The position numbers were made by a program, and so were the translations under genes. From Parcubacteria group bacterium (GTDB taxonomy: Bacteria > Patescibacteriota > Patescibacteriia > UBA1558 > GWA2-36-10), in contig PQAE01000005.1 of the NCBI GenBank assembly GCA_003104935.1, positions 68,034 through 115,529 of the forward strand: 47,496 nt of DNA, written 5' to 3'. How positions within the stretch are numbered: the first letter of the stretch is position 1; every line of letters starts with the position of its first letter. Positions 17,796 through 26,176 of the stretch are shown one piece after another. The notes below the pieces were generated by a model. It was not told the origin of the DNA, did not search any database, and worked only from the letters and a program-made list of their open reading frames with translations.

Positions 17796-18749
17796 TTAGA
17801 GCTGATTAATCATCTGGGCGAAAAGGATTTTTTCCTGATGGCCGGATGTTTTGAAGCAATCATCTAAATTCAATAGTTGTTCGTAGATTTTTTTTAATTC
17901 CTCGATATTATAATAACGGCTCTGGGTCAGGATTTTTTCCGCCACCAGGGGGTGTACTTTTAATGTCTGCGCTAAAGTCGAAGCTTGGCTTATTTGTTTT
18001 TCTAAGGCTTTAGTTTTTATAATCAAGCGAAACTGGCGGACAATCATCGTTAAAATATATTGGTGATTTACCCCGCTGTTTAATTTATCCTCAATAAGTT
18101 TTAAGGCCAAAGCCTTATCTTTATGCCCCAGAGCGTCGATCAGGGCAAAGATATTATCATCAACCTTTGCTTGGACCAGGTTTTGCACTGCCGTTTCGTC
18201 AATTTCCGCTTCAGCGGTATAGTTAGCCAATTTGTGGATTTCCTGGTGCAATTGCCAAAGGTCATTGCCCACATAATTAATCAGCAGTTTTAAAGCTCCC
18301 TCGGATATTTTTTTATTATAATTACCTGCCTGTTGTCTGATCCAAGCCGGCAACTTTGTCGCCCCGAGCAACATAAATTCTTCGCAGTATTTAAATTGCC
18401 TCAAGCGTTTAAACATTTTCAGGCGGGCATCAGGTCGGCTAGTTTCCCAAAAAATAATATAATTTTCCTCAGCAGTGTCTTTTTGTTTGTCCAAAAAGTT
18501 TAACAAGACGTCTTGCCACTCGCCGAGTTTTTTATTAGCCAAAAGATTTTTTATGATGATTAATTTTTTGCTTGCCAAAAAACCGATCGTCGAAACACAA
18601 CGAAAAAAATCTTCTGGACCGATGGTTTCACCGTCGAGTAGCTCAATATTATGCCGGCTAGGATCGACTTGCTCGGCAAATTTTTCGGCGATAGCGTCTA
18701 TCTTTTGTTTGGCGCGAAAAGAATCCTCGCCATAATAGAAAAAAAGCAT
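17796..18749 (-). CDS. holA: DNA polymerase III delta subunit
   Basis: N-terminal FFYYGEDSF, 317 aa, located immediately downstream of polA. Confidence 0.75.
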   Translation of the reverse strand: MLFFYYGEDSFRAKQKIDAIAEKFAEQVDPSRHNIELLDGETIGPEDFFRCVSTIGFLASKKLIIIKNLLANKKLGEWQDVLLNFLDKQKDTAEENYIIFWETSRPDARLKMFKRLRQFKYCEEFMLLGATKLPAWIRQQAGNYNKKISEGALKLLINYVGNDLWQLHQEIHKLANYTAEAEIDETAVQNLVQAKVDDNIFALIDALGHKDKALALKLIEDKLNSGVNHQYILTMIVRQFRLIIKTKALEKQISQASTLAQTLKVHPLVAEKILTQSRYYNIEELKKIYEQLLNLDDCFKTSGHQEKILFAQMINQL

Positions 18750-18755
18750 AATAAG

Positions 18756-21488
18756 TTATAGATTTTCAATTTTTTCCAGGTCGCCCCAGTTTGGTCCGGC
18801 CTCCACATCTACTTTGAGTGGCACTGGTAATTTATAGATATCCTCCATCGTCTCTTTGACAAAGCGGGCAACATTGGCAAGTTCCTTTTTAGGCACTTCC
18901 AGTACCAGGGAGTCGTGCACTTGGAGTATCATCTTAGCTTCTGGGCAGAGCTTTGGCAAGTCGGTCTGGATTTTGATCATAGCCATCTTGATCAGATCAG
19001 CCGAGGTGCCCTGCAGAGGCATATTGATAGCCATACGCTCGGCCGCAGCGCGCAGCATGGGCATAGTAGAGTTTATCTCCGGTAGCAGGCGGCGGCGGCC
19101 AAATAAAGTCTGGACATAGCCGTTTTGGTGGGCAGAGTTCTTGGTTTTTTCGATATAGTCCTTGATTTTTTTATAAATCTGAAAATATTGGGCGATAAAT
19201 TCTTTAGCTTCCGTACGGCTCAGGTCAGTACGCTGGGACAGGCCCAATGAGCCGAGGCCATAAAGTATGCCAAAGTTAACTTCTTTGGCGGTGCGGCGGA
19301 TATCTTTGGTTACTTGTTCTAAAGGTATTTTGTGGATTTCCGCGGCCGTGCGGGCATGAATGTCTTCATTGTTTTTAAAACTCTTCGTCATCACCGGGTC
19401 ACCTGATATGGCCGCGGCGAGGCGTAGCTCTATTTGGGAATAATCAGCTGAGAGCAGGGTAAAGCCCGAAGGAGCGATAAAGGCTTCTCTAATTTGTCTG
19501 CCTAGCGGCGTACGGATAGGTATATTTTGTAGATTAGGGTCGCTAGAGGACAGTCGACCGGTAGTAGTAATAGTCTGATTAAAGCTGGTGTGTACTCTAT
19601 TTGTCATGGGGTTCACCATTTCCGGCAAAGCACTGACATAAGTGGATTGCAGTTTGGCTAATTCACGGTATTCTACCAGTAAGGGGATAATAGGATGTAG
19701 ATCCTTCATTTTATCTAGTTCAGCCGCGGCCGTGGACAGACCAGTCTTGGTCTTTTTGATGCCGCCGCTACTGATTTGTAGTTTTTCAAAAAGTATTTCC
19801 TTGAGTTGTAAGGGTGAGGCGATGTTAAATTCCTGACCGGCCAGCTTATAGATATTCTTGGTCAATTTACTCAGCTCGGTAGCGAATTTTTTTTCCAGCT
19901 TCCTTAAAAAAGCCTTATTCAGGCAGATGCCGTTTAGTTCCATCTGGGCCAATACCGGCATCAGGGGTAGTTCCATCTTAATCAGCAGGTCATAATTTTT
20001 ACTAGCCTGAAGTTCGGGCAATAATTTGTAATACAGGCGTAGGCAAATATCTGCATCTTCAGCGCCGTACCAGGCCAGTTTTTCCAGAGGTATTTTGGCT
20101 ACATTAATTCCCTTCTTTTTTTTTGGGACCTCGTCCAACAAATCTGATAATTTTAATTTTTTGTAGCCGAGATAGCTAAATGCTAATTCCTCCAGCCTCA
20201 AGCCGCGGCTGGGATTGATTAAGTAGGCGGCTATCAAAGTATCAAAAACTACGCCCTTTAATTCTATATCTAAATTTTTTAAAACCTTATAATCAAATTT
20301 AATATTATGACCAACTTTTTCTATTTCACCATCTTCTAAAATAGGCCGCAATTTTTTTAAAGCCACTTCCCGGAAATCCGAATCAGTCAGATTAATATAA
20401 TATCCACTCTGAGGATTCCAGGAAAAAGACAATCCTAAGATTTGGTCACTAATAACGTTCAGGCCGGTTGTTTCCGAATCTAGGGCAAAAAGTTTTTGCT
20501 CCCTTAGTTCTACTAAAAAATTATCAAGAGCGTCAGAATCACTGACGGTAATATAGTGGTGGTCTTTTTCGGCAAAGGTCGGCTCGATAATAGGTTGTTT
20601 TTTTACGTCATGAGGCAGACGGGCCAGTAGAGAATTAAAATCCAATTTTTGAAATATCCGATAGACTGCCTGCGGATCATAGTGCCAAAAATTTGCTTCG
20701 GACAAATGCCACTGCAAGGGAACGTCTTGCACAATAGTAACCAACTCTTGGCTAAGCAGGGCGTCTTTTTTCTGCTCTTTGAGCAAAATTTTTATACGCT
20801 CTTTGACGTCGCTTTTGTCCAGTTTTTGGTAGAGGTTTTCCAGACTGCCAAATTCACGAATTAGTTCTAAAGCACCTTTTTCGCCAATGCCGCTGACACC
20901 CTTGATGTTGTCCGAGGCGTCGCCGCGCAGGGCCTTGAAGTCAATGAGTTGTTTTGGGTCCAAATCATAACGGTCGCGGACCGCTAAAGCGTCATAAGCC
21001 ACGGTTTCGGAAAATCCCTGCTTGAGAGTAATGACCTTGGTGCGATCATTGACCAGTTGCAGAGTGTCTAGGTCACCGGTGATAATTAGGGTTTCAATAT
21101 CTTGGTGGCGTTCATAGGCTTCTTTGGCCAGAGTACCGATGATATCATCGGCTTCAAAACCTTCTTTACTTAAGATAGGAATACTCAGCGCAGTCAGAAC
21201 TTCTTTGGCGATAGGAAATTGATCGTAAAACTCCTCAGCTTTTTTTATCCGTTGAGCCTTGTATTCTTTATATTTAAGATGGCGAAAAGTTTTTCCCTTG
21301 AGATCAAAGCAAGCGATCATGTAATCCGGTTTGAGCTCCTTGATAATTTTTAATATTAAAGAAGTAAAACCATAAACCGCGTTAACCATGACTCCGTCTT
21401 TGGTGGTCAGGGCCGGGATAACATGCCAGGCACGGTGCAAGAGGGAGTTGGAATCAATCAATACTAGTTTTTTGGTTTTTTTCTCCAT
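18756..21488 (-). CDS. polA: DNA polymerase I (5'-nuclease, 3'-5' exo-like and polymerase domains)
   Basis: Motif A DYSQIELR, motif B RRTAKEVNFGILYG, and motif C QVHDSLV. Confidence 0.95.
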   Translation of the reverse strand: MEKKTKKLVLIDSNSLLHRAWHVIPALTTKDGVMVNAVYGFTSLILKIIKELKPDYMIACFDLKGKTFRHLKYKEYKAQRIKKAEEFYDQFPIAKEVLTALSIPILSKEGFEADDIIGTLAKEAYERHQDIETLIITGDLDTLQLVNDRTKVITLKQGFSETVAYDALAVRDRYDLDPKQLIDFKALRGDASDNIKGVSGIGEKGALELIREFGSLENLYQKLDKSDVKERIKILLKEQKKDALLSQELVTIVQDVPLQWHLSEANFWHYDPQAVYRIFQKLDFNSLLARLPHDVKKQPIIEPTFAEKDHHYITVSDSDALDNFLVELREQKLFALDSETTGLNVISDQILGLSFSWNPQSGYYINLTDSDFREVALKKLRPILEDGEIEKVGHNIKFDYKVLKNLDIELKGVVFDTLIAAYLINPSRGLRLEELAFSYLGYKKLKLSDLLDEVPKKKKGINVAKIPLEKLAWYGAEDADICLRLYYKLLPELQASKNYDLLIKMELPLMPVLAQMELNGICLNKAFLRKLEKKFATELSKLTKNIYKLAGQEFNIASPLQLKEILFEKLQISSGGIKKTKTGLSTAAAELDKMKDLHPIIPLLVEYRELAKLQSTYVSALPEMVNPMTNRVHTSFNQTITTTGRLSSSDPNLQNIPIRTPLGRQIREAFIAPSGFTLLSADYSQIELRLAAAISGDPVMTKSFKNNEDIHARTAAEIHKIPLEQVTKDIRRTAKEVNFGILYGLGSLGLSQRTDLSRTEAKEFIAQYFQIYKKIKDYIEKTKNSAHQNGYVQTLFGRRRLLPEINSTMPMLRAAAERMAINMPLQGTSADLIKMAMIKIQTDLPKLCPEAKMILQVHDSLVLEVPKKELANVARFVKETMEDIYKLPVPLKVDVEAGPNWGDLEKIENL

Positions 21489-21536
21489 TTTCAGGGCTAA
21501 TTTAGCTTTTTAGTATAGTTATAATAGCATTTTTGG

Positions 21537-21560
21537 CTAAAAAAAACAGCCGGTCCGGCT
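21537..21560 (-). terminator. Intrinsic terminator ending the tRNA cluster
   Basis: The minus strand reads agccgg-a-ccggct followed by T8. Confidence 0.55.
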
Positions 21561-21568
21561 TTTAAATA

Positions 21569-21668
21569 TGGAGCGGGATACGGCCCTGCACCTCGCTTCG
21601 CGAGTGCAGGATCTTCGTTCGTCACTGCCTTCTGGGCAGTGACTCACTGCGAGAATTAACTCCACGGG
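21569..21668 (-). pseudogene. tRNA-Gly-derived degenerate copy with inserted hairpins, ending in ...cccgctcca
   Basis: The minus strand reads gtggagttaattc (compare gtgtagttcagtt) ... gaagatc ... ggccgtatcccgctcca (compare tccggtcacccgctcca). It is interrupted by a 9-bp hairpin (21621-21643) and an 11-bp hairpin (21585-21610). Confidence 0.45.
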
Positions 21669-21677
21669 TTTAAAATC

Positions 21678-21753
21678 TGGAGCGGGTGACCGGACTCGAA
21701 CCGGCGATCTCTTCCTTGGGAAGGAAGCATTCTACCAACTGAACTACACCCGC
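21678..21753 (-). tRNA. tRNA-Gly (anticodon CCC), CCA encoded
   Basis: Manual cloverleaf: acceptor gcgggtg/cacccgc, anticodon arm cttcc-ttCCCaa-ggaag, T arm gccgg-ttcgagt-ccggt, and discriminator U. Confidence 0.95.
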
Positions 21754-21827
21754 CTACGTAGATAAATTTAACAGAGTTAGCATCTTTTTTCAAATAAAAA
21801 ACAGCTTTCAAGGCTGAGCTTACTATT

Positions 21828-21914
21828 TGGTACCGGCGGCCGGAATTGAACCGGCACAGCTTTTAAGCTACAGGATTTTAAGTCCTGCGTGTCTACCAAT
21901 TCCACCACGCCGGC
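21828..21914 (-). tRNA. tRNA-Leu (anticodon UAA), long variable arm, CCA encoded
   Basis: gccggcgtggtggaattggtagacac...cagga-ctTAAaa-tcctg. It is 87 nt and uninterrupted. Confidence 0.95.
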
Positions 21915-21933
21915 CAAGTTCTTAAATTTTCAA

Positions 21934-22016
21934 TGGAGCGGGTGATCCCGCTTCGGGCGGGACGACCTTTTCCCTTGATGCGGTCGCCGTTAAATAATTA
22001 ACTTTGGCGGCCAATG
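21934..22016 (-). pseudogene. tRNA-Gly 3'-half-like fragment ending in cacccgctcca
   Basis: The minus strand reads tcaagggaaaaggtcg (compare ccaaggaaaaggtcg), then tcccgc-ccgaa-gcggga replacing the T arm, then tcacccgctcca (12/12 match). Confidence 0.5.
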
Positions 22017-22031
22017 ACCATAACAATTTTC

Positions 22032-22107
22032 TGGAGCGGGTGACCGGACTCGAACCGGCGACCTTTTCCTTGGCAAGGAAACGTTCTACCAACTGAACTA
22101 CACCCGC
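22032..22107 (-). tRNA. tRNA-Gly (anticodon GCC), CCA encoded
   Basis: Same scaffold as the CCC isoacceptor. The anticodon arm is tttcc-ttGCCaa-ggaaa. Confidence 0.95.
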
Positions 22108-22111
22108 CTAC

Positions 22112-22148
22112 CCCCGGATCAAGTCCGGGGTTTGGCGGGCAGGCCCGC
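22112..22148. repeat. Two GC-rich hairpins abutting the tRNA-Gly(GCC) 5' end
   Basis: ccccgga-tcaag-tccgggg (22112-22130; near-copy at 33923-33940) and gcgggc-ag-gcccgc (22135-22148). Confidence 0.6.
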
Positions 22149-22206
22149 TGTTTTAAGGCATTAACAGGCCTATCGCCCCCATATATTTGTTAATAATACT
22201 TTAGGT

Positions 22207-22234
22207 ATTATATAGAAAAATGACAAAAAGTCAA
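22207..22234 (-). promoter_or_regulatory. Promoter TTGACT-16-TATAAT for the tRNA cluster
   Basis: On the minus strand: -35 at 22229-22234 and -10 at 22207-22212, about 95 nt upstream of tRNA-Gly(GCC). Confidence 0.5.
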
Positions 22235-22301
22235 CCATCTTCAGGGCCCAGCTTTTTGAATCTTATGTTTTAAAATAGTCTGGACGCGTTATAAAACTGG
22301 C

Positions 22302-23516
22302 CTATTTTATGGGTATACTGGTATTACCAACTGTGTAAGTGGGATAATAATGTGTGCGGGCTGTTTTTAGATCGGCCAATGGTGCGATATCTAATCCAAG
22401 CTCCTTTAAAAAACCGTCAAAATAATTTTTGATCTCCTGCCCTGTCAATATCCCGCTCATTTCATCGGCCCCGCCTATAGTAGCAACATTAAAAGCAGTT
22501 ACTTCATTACCATTATCCATCTTTTCATCATGAAATGTCAAAATCAGTTTCAGATTATTATTAATCTTTTTTACTAATATTAAGCGGCTAGTAACTGAAC
22601 CAAGGCGTCGATAAACATTGTCATTTTCTAGCAGTAACTGAATGCTGCCAACGCCGTTAGACACCCACTTTCCTTCTGTAAGCTTAGCGCAATAATATCC
22701 ATTGATCGTACAGTCTGACTTGGTCTGAGCGATTTGATAGTCGGTAAAACTTATAAGCAGTTCTTTGTCATAGGCATTAAGGTCCTCTTTGATTACAGAA
22801 ACGCCGGCGGGCAAAGTGTTTGTGACTGAGGTGAGATTTACTATTTTTCCAAAGTTAAGGCCCCAAGTGTAGTTGAGGTCCGATATCCCAACATAATAAT
22901 TTGGAATAGAGGAGATATCGGCAGTGGTTGCGCCCAAACCAAGAAAGCGCATTATGTCATAAGCAACATTACCGTCTTTCATAAAATATCGTTTTCCGTC
23001 GGCTGGGTTGAGATACCAGGCCTGCCCTCGCGACTCTACCTGAAGCAGTATTTTCCCTCTTAATTTATTAACCAACCTATTGTCATAGTTGAGTTTGCCG
23101 TCACCAAGGGGATTGTAACCTTTCATTATTTCAGTTTTATCATCAAAACCATCGTTGTCGGAGTCGGCCTTGTTTGGATCAGTACCTATCGCCACCTCGG
23201 TTTTGCTAGGAATCCCGTCTTGATCATCGTCAGCATCATAAAACCCCACATTCTTTGCCAAACCAATCGGTATTTTTTCTAAATTTTTATTGGTAATGCC
23301 AAGGCCAAACTGACGTAGAATGTCATAAGCTGTGTCACCATCTTTTATGTAAATACGCCGACCAGTCTCCATTCCGTCCGGTATTACATACCAGGCCTCG
23401 CCATTTTTTTCTACTTCAAGTAAAATTTTTCCTTTTACTCTATCAACCACCGCCGCCCAAGAGATAAGTGGGAGCAATAATAATACTAACATGAGTAATA
23501 GAGAAAGCTTTTTCAT
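22302..23516 (-). CDS. Secreted protein with a duplicated ~55-aa domain and Asp-rich Ca-binding-like repeats
   Basis: Has a signal peptide (MKKLSLLLMLVLLLLPLISWA). The module GKILL(E/Q)VE..G.AWY..P......Y.KDG..AYDI(L/M)R..GLG occurs twice. DADDDQDGIPSKTE..DPNKADSDNDGFDDKTE resembles thrombospondin type 3 repeats. Confidence 0.7.
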   Translation of the reverse strand: MKKLSLLLMLVLLLLPLISWAAVVDRVKGKILLEVEKNGEAWYVIPDGMETGRRIYIKDGDTAYDILRQFGLGITNKNLEKIPIGLAKNVGFYDADDDQDGIPSKTEVAIGTDPNKADSDNDGFDDKTEIMKGYNPLGDGKLNYDNRLVNKLRGKILLQVESRGQAWYLNPADGKRYFMKDGNVAYDIMRFLGLGATTADISSIPNYYVGISDLNYTWGLNFGKIVNLTSVTNTLPAGVSVIKEDLNAYDKELLISFTDYQIAQTKSDCTINGYYCAKLTEGKWVSNGVGSIQLLLENDNVYRRLGSVTSRLILVKKINNNLKLILTFHDEKMDNGNEVTAFNVATIGGADEMSGILTGQEIKNYFDGFLKELGLDIAPLADLKTARTHYYPTYTVGNTSIPIK

Positions 23517-23556
23517 AATTTTTTTTAATTATTATGTTTTTTGAAGCCCGTCTCTC

Positions 23557-23630
<74 letters not shown>

Positions 23631-23679
23631 TTAAAAAATAATTTCATTTATCATTAAGGTTTTTTGTCTCTGACTGATG

Positions 23680-23728
23680 ACCACTTTCCGCCAAAGGCGG
23701 ACCCGCCTCTGGCGGGGGCTACGTGGCC
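23680..23728 (-). pseudogene. tRNA-Cys 5' fragment with two hairpins inserted in the D loop
   Basis: The minus strand reads ggccacgtagcc (12/12), then cccgcc-aga-ggcggg, then tccgcc-ttt-ggcgga, then aagtggt (7/7). Confidence 0.6.
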
Positions 23729-23774
23729 ATTATCTCCAGAGAGATGAGCTTCATTAGTTTTATTTTGTTTTTAA

Positions 23775-23933
23775 GGAATCTCTGCCCAAAACATATGGGC
23801 CTTGGGCCCAGAACCGTCGCTGCACCCGCCAAAGCTTTAGCGTCTGGGTTAAAGGTTTTGCCCGCCTGCCATCGCCTTCGGCGAGACCGTGGCGGGCAGG
23901 CAGACCTCTGCCTTACCACTTGGCGACCAGGCC
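23775..23933 (-). pseudogene. tRNA-Cys-derived copy with insertions in the anticodon loop, variable region and T loop
   Basis: The minus strand reads ggcctggtc, then gccaagtggtaaggcagaggtctgc (25/25), a ~40-nt GC hairpin, aaaacctttaac (12/12), a 31-nt insert, cggttc, tgggcc-caa-ggccca plus 15 nt, and gattcc. No matching 3' acceptor strand is present. Confidence 0.6.
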
Positions 23934-24002
23934 AGATCCATAGAACTGAGGCACAACTATTGACTAAATATATAACAAACTAATTTAGCAGATTTTATTG
24001 TA

Positions 24003-24842
24003 TCAGGCAAGCCTGATTTTTTTTAGTTCATTCAGGCACTTCTGATGCATTTTAGGATTAGCGGCTAAAATAGTCTTAACTTTTATTTGCCAGGGTTTAT
24101 TTTGCCAGTCAGTGACTAGTCCGCCGGCTTCTCTGACGAGCATTACGCCGGGCACCAGATCCCAAAGATGAGCGCCCGTTACCAGGTGGGCCTGGGTATG
24201 GCCGGCGGCCAACATAGCTAGTTCTATACTAGTAGAACCGAAGTGGCGGGTATGATGATTGATATTGTGGAAGTGCGTGTATAGACTAAAGGCCTTTTTA
24301 GTATTGGCCGGTCCAGAGCCATGGCAATAAGTAATAATTGATTTTTTCATTTCCACTGCAGGCGAGACCCGCAACCGGCGGTTATTTCTGTAGGCTCCCT
24401 GCCCACGGATAGCCCAATACATCTCCTCCAGTAGCGGAATATAGATAACGCTAAGCACCGGCCGACGTTTATATAGCAGAGCCAGAGCTACACAAAATAC
24501 CGGATCGTGGATAGTGAAGTTGGTCGTGCCGTCCAAGGGGTCAATAATCCATTCATAATCAACGCTGGTGTTATTAGTTAGGCCGCTTTCTTCGGATAAA
24601 ACATCATAATCCGGAAAGTTTTTTTTGAGATGTCTCAGGATAATCGTCTCGGATTTTTTATCTGTTGCCGTGACCCGCTCGTCGTGTTTTTTAAATGTAA
24701 TTTTTTGGTCCCGGTGACTGAAAAATTCTTTTTTGATCATCGCTCCAGCTTCGCGGGCGGCACTCTGACATACTTTTAATTCTCGGCTATACATAGGTGG
24801 TGTTTTATTAAACTTCAGCTTCATTATAACATGGATTAGCAA
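24003..24842 (-). CDS. Inositol monophosphatase family protein (SuhB-like)
   Basis: WIIDPLDGTTNF motif. The true start may be an internal Met (24824 or 24794). Confidence 0.85.
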   Translation of the reverse strand: MLIHVIMKLKFNKTPPMYSRELKVCQSAAREAGAMIKKEFFSHRDQKITFKKHDERVTATDKKSETIILRHLKKNFPDYDVLSEESGLTNNTSVDYEWIIDPLDGTTNFTIHDPVFCVALALLYKRRPVLSVIYIPLLEEMYWAIRGQGAYRNNRRLRVSPAVEMKKSIITYCHGSGPANTKKAFSLYTHFHNINHHTRHFGSTSIELAMLAAGHTQAHLVTGAHLWDLVPGVMLVREAGGLVTDWQNKPWQIKVKTILAANPKMHQKCLNELKKIRLA

Positions 24843-24886
24843 GGGATAAAAAATGCCCCAGGAAAATGGCCCTCGGGCACTGATTG

Positions 24887-26167
24887 TTATTTAACGATGG
24901 TGTCACAAATAAACTGAATCACTTTATGATTGTTAAGGATATGCCCGAGTTGCTTTTTATACTCGGGGTGATCGATGTTCTGTAACGCCTGCTCATTACC
25001 CCGGTATTGCTCCCGTTGTTTTTGTAAATCAGCTTCGATTTCCTCGGCGCTGGTTTGGATGTTTTCATCCCGGGCTAGCTGGCGTAGGATAATCGCCGCT
25101 TTGATCCGCTCTGTGGCCTGAGGTTCAAAGTCACGATGCAGATCATCATGAGTTTTATTTAGAGATTTTAGATAAGTGGGCAGATCCAGACCCTGCTCTC
25201 CCAGACTATGTTCCAACTCATGAATCATCTTATGTACTTCATTTTCCAAAAGCGTCGGAGCGATATCGCCGAATATACTTTTCTCAATGATAGCCCGGAT
25301 AGCCTCGGTTTCCTGCCGTTGTTTTTCCTTATATTCTTTGTCTTGGCGGATATTGTTTTGCAATTGTTCTTTTAACTTAGCTAAAGTGTCAAGGCCGATC
25401 TTTTTAGCAAAATCATCATTTATTTCCGGTAGCTGTCTATCATAAACTCCGATAATCTTGACTTTAAAGTTGGCCAGGCGACCGGCGACATTTTTTTGAA
25501 AGTATTTATCCGGAAATTTTAGTTCAAAATCCAGTTCGGCTCCGGCTTTTTGTCCATACAGTTTTTCCTCAAAGCCCGGAATCATATTGCCCTGGCCTAG
25601 GATGACGGGATACTTATAGTTTTTTCCGCCCTCGATAATAACCTTATCAATATAGACTTCAAAATCCACCACGATTTTATCTCCCTTTTTGGCTTCTCGC
25701 TCCACAATATTTTCTTTGGCCTGCATTTCCTGGAGTCGGCTCAATGTTTTATTTGTATCCTCGTCTTTTAACTCCACCGGTTTTTTAGCTACCCTGAGAC
25801 TTTTCCAGTCGGCCAGTTTTAGCGACGGCAATAGGGTGACGATAGCTTTAAAAATCAGAGGATTGCCGGGAGCAAATTTTTCTACCTTTATTTCCGGCTG
25901 GCCGACGCTTTGAACATCCTCCTTTTTTATAGCCTCGTAGTAGGCGTGGTTAATGATACTCTCCAGAGCTTCTTCATAGATGGCCATTTCTCCGACTTGG
26001 GCTTGGACTAGAGCATAAGGCGCTTTGCCCGGGCGAAAGCCGGAAATCTTGGTTTTTTGGGCCAACCGCAATGCCGCCTTATCTAAAAACGGTTGCATCT
26101 CGTCGAGGTTAACTTCAATATTAATTTCAACTTGGCTTTTTTCCAGATCTTTTTTTGAGATATTCAT
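24887..26167 (-). CDS. tig: Trigger factor
   Basis: Ribosome-binding signature GFRPGKAP, 426 aa, with a central FKBP-like region. Confidence 0.9.
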   Translation of the reverse strand: MNISKKDLEKSQVEINIEVNLDEMQPFLDKAALRLAQKTKISGFRPGKAPYALVQAQVGEMAIYEEALESIINHAYYEAIKKEDVQSVGQPEIKVEKFAPGNPLIFKAIVTLLPSLKLADWKSLRVAKKPVELKDEDTNKTLSRLQEMQAKENIVEREAKKGDKIVVDFEVYIDKVIIEGGKNYKYPVILGQGNMIPGFEEKLYGQKAGAELDFELKFPDKYFQKNVAGRLANFKVKIIGVYDRQLPEINDDFAKKIGLDTLAKLKEQLQNNIRQDKEYKEKQRQETEAIRAIIEKSIFGDIAPTLLENEVHKMIHELEHSLGEQGLDLPTYLKSLNKTHDDLHRDFEPQATERIKAAIILRQLARDENIQTSAEEIEADLQKQREQYRGNEQALQNIDHPEYKKQLGHILNNHKVIQFICDTIVK

Positions 26168-26176
26168 AAATCATGA

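Noticed and set aside
21828-21914. Group I intron in tRNA-Leu(UAA), as known from cyanobacteria.
   Set aside because: The gene is a continuous 87-nt cloverleaf with an intact CTTAAAA anticodon loop.
23719-23983. Two overlapping ORFs (66 aa on the minus strand, 86 aa on the plus strand) upstream of tRNA-Cys.
   Set aside because: They run through tRNA-derived blocks and GC hairpins. Their Arg/Pro/Ala-rich translations are what GC-rich palindromes produce in any frame.
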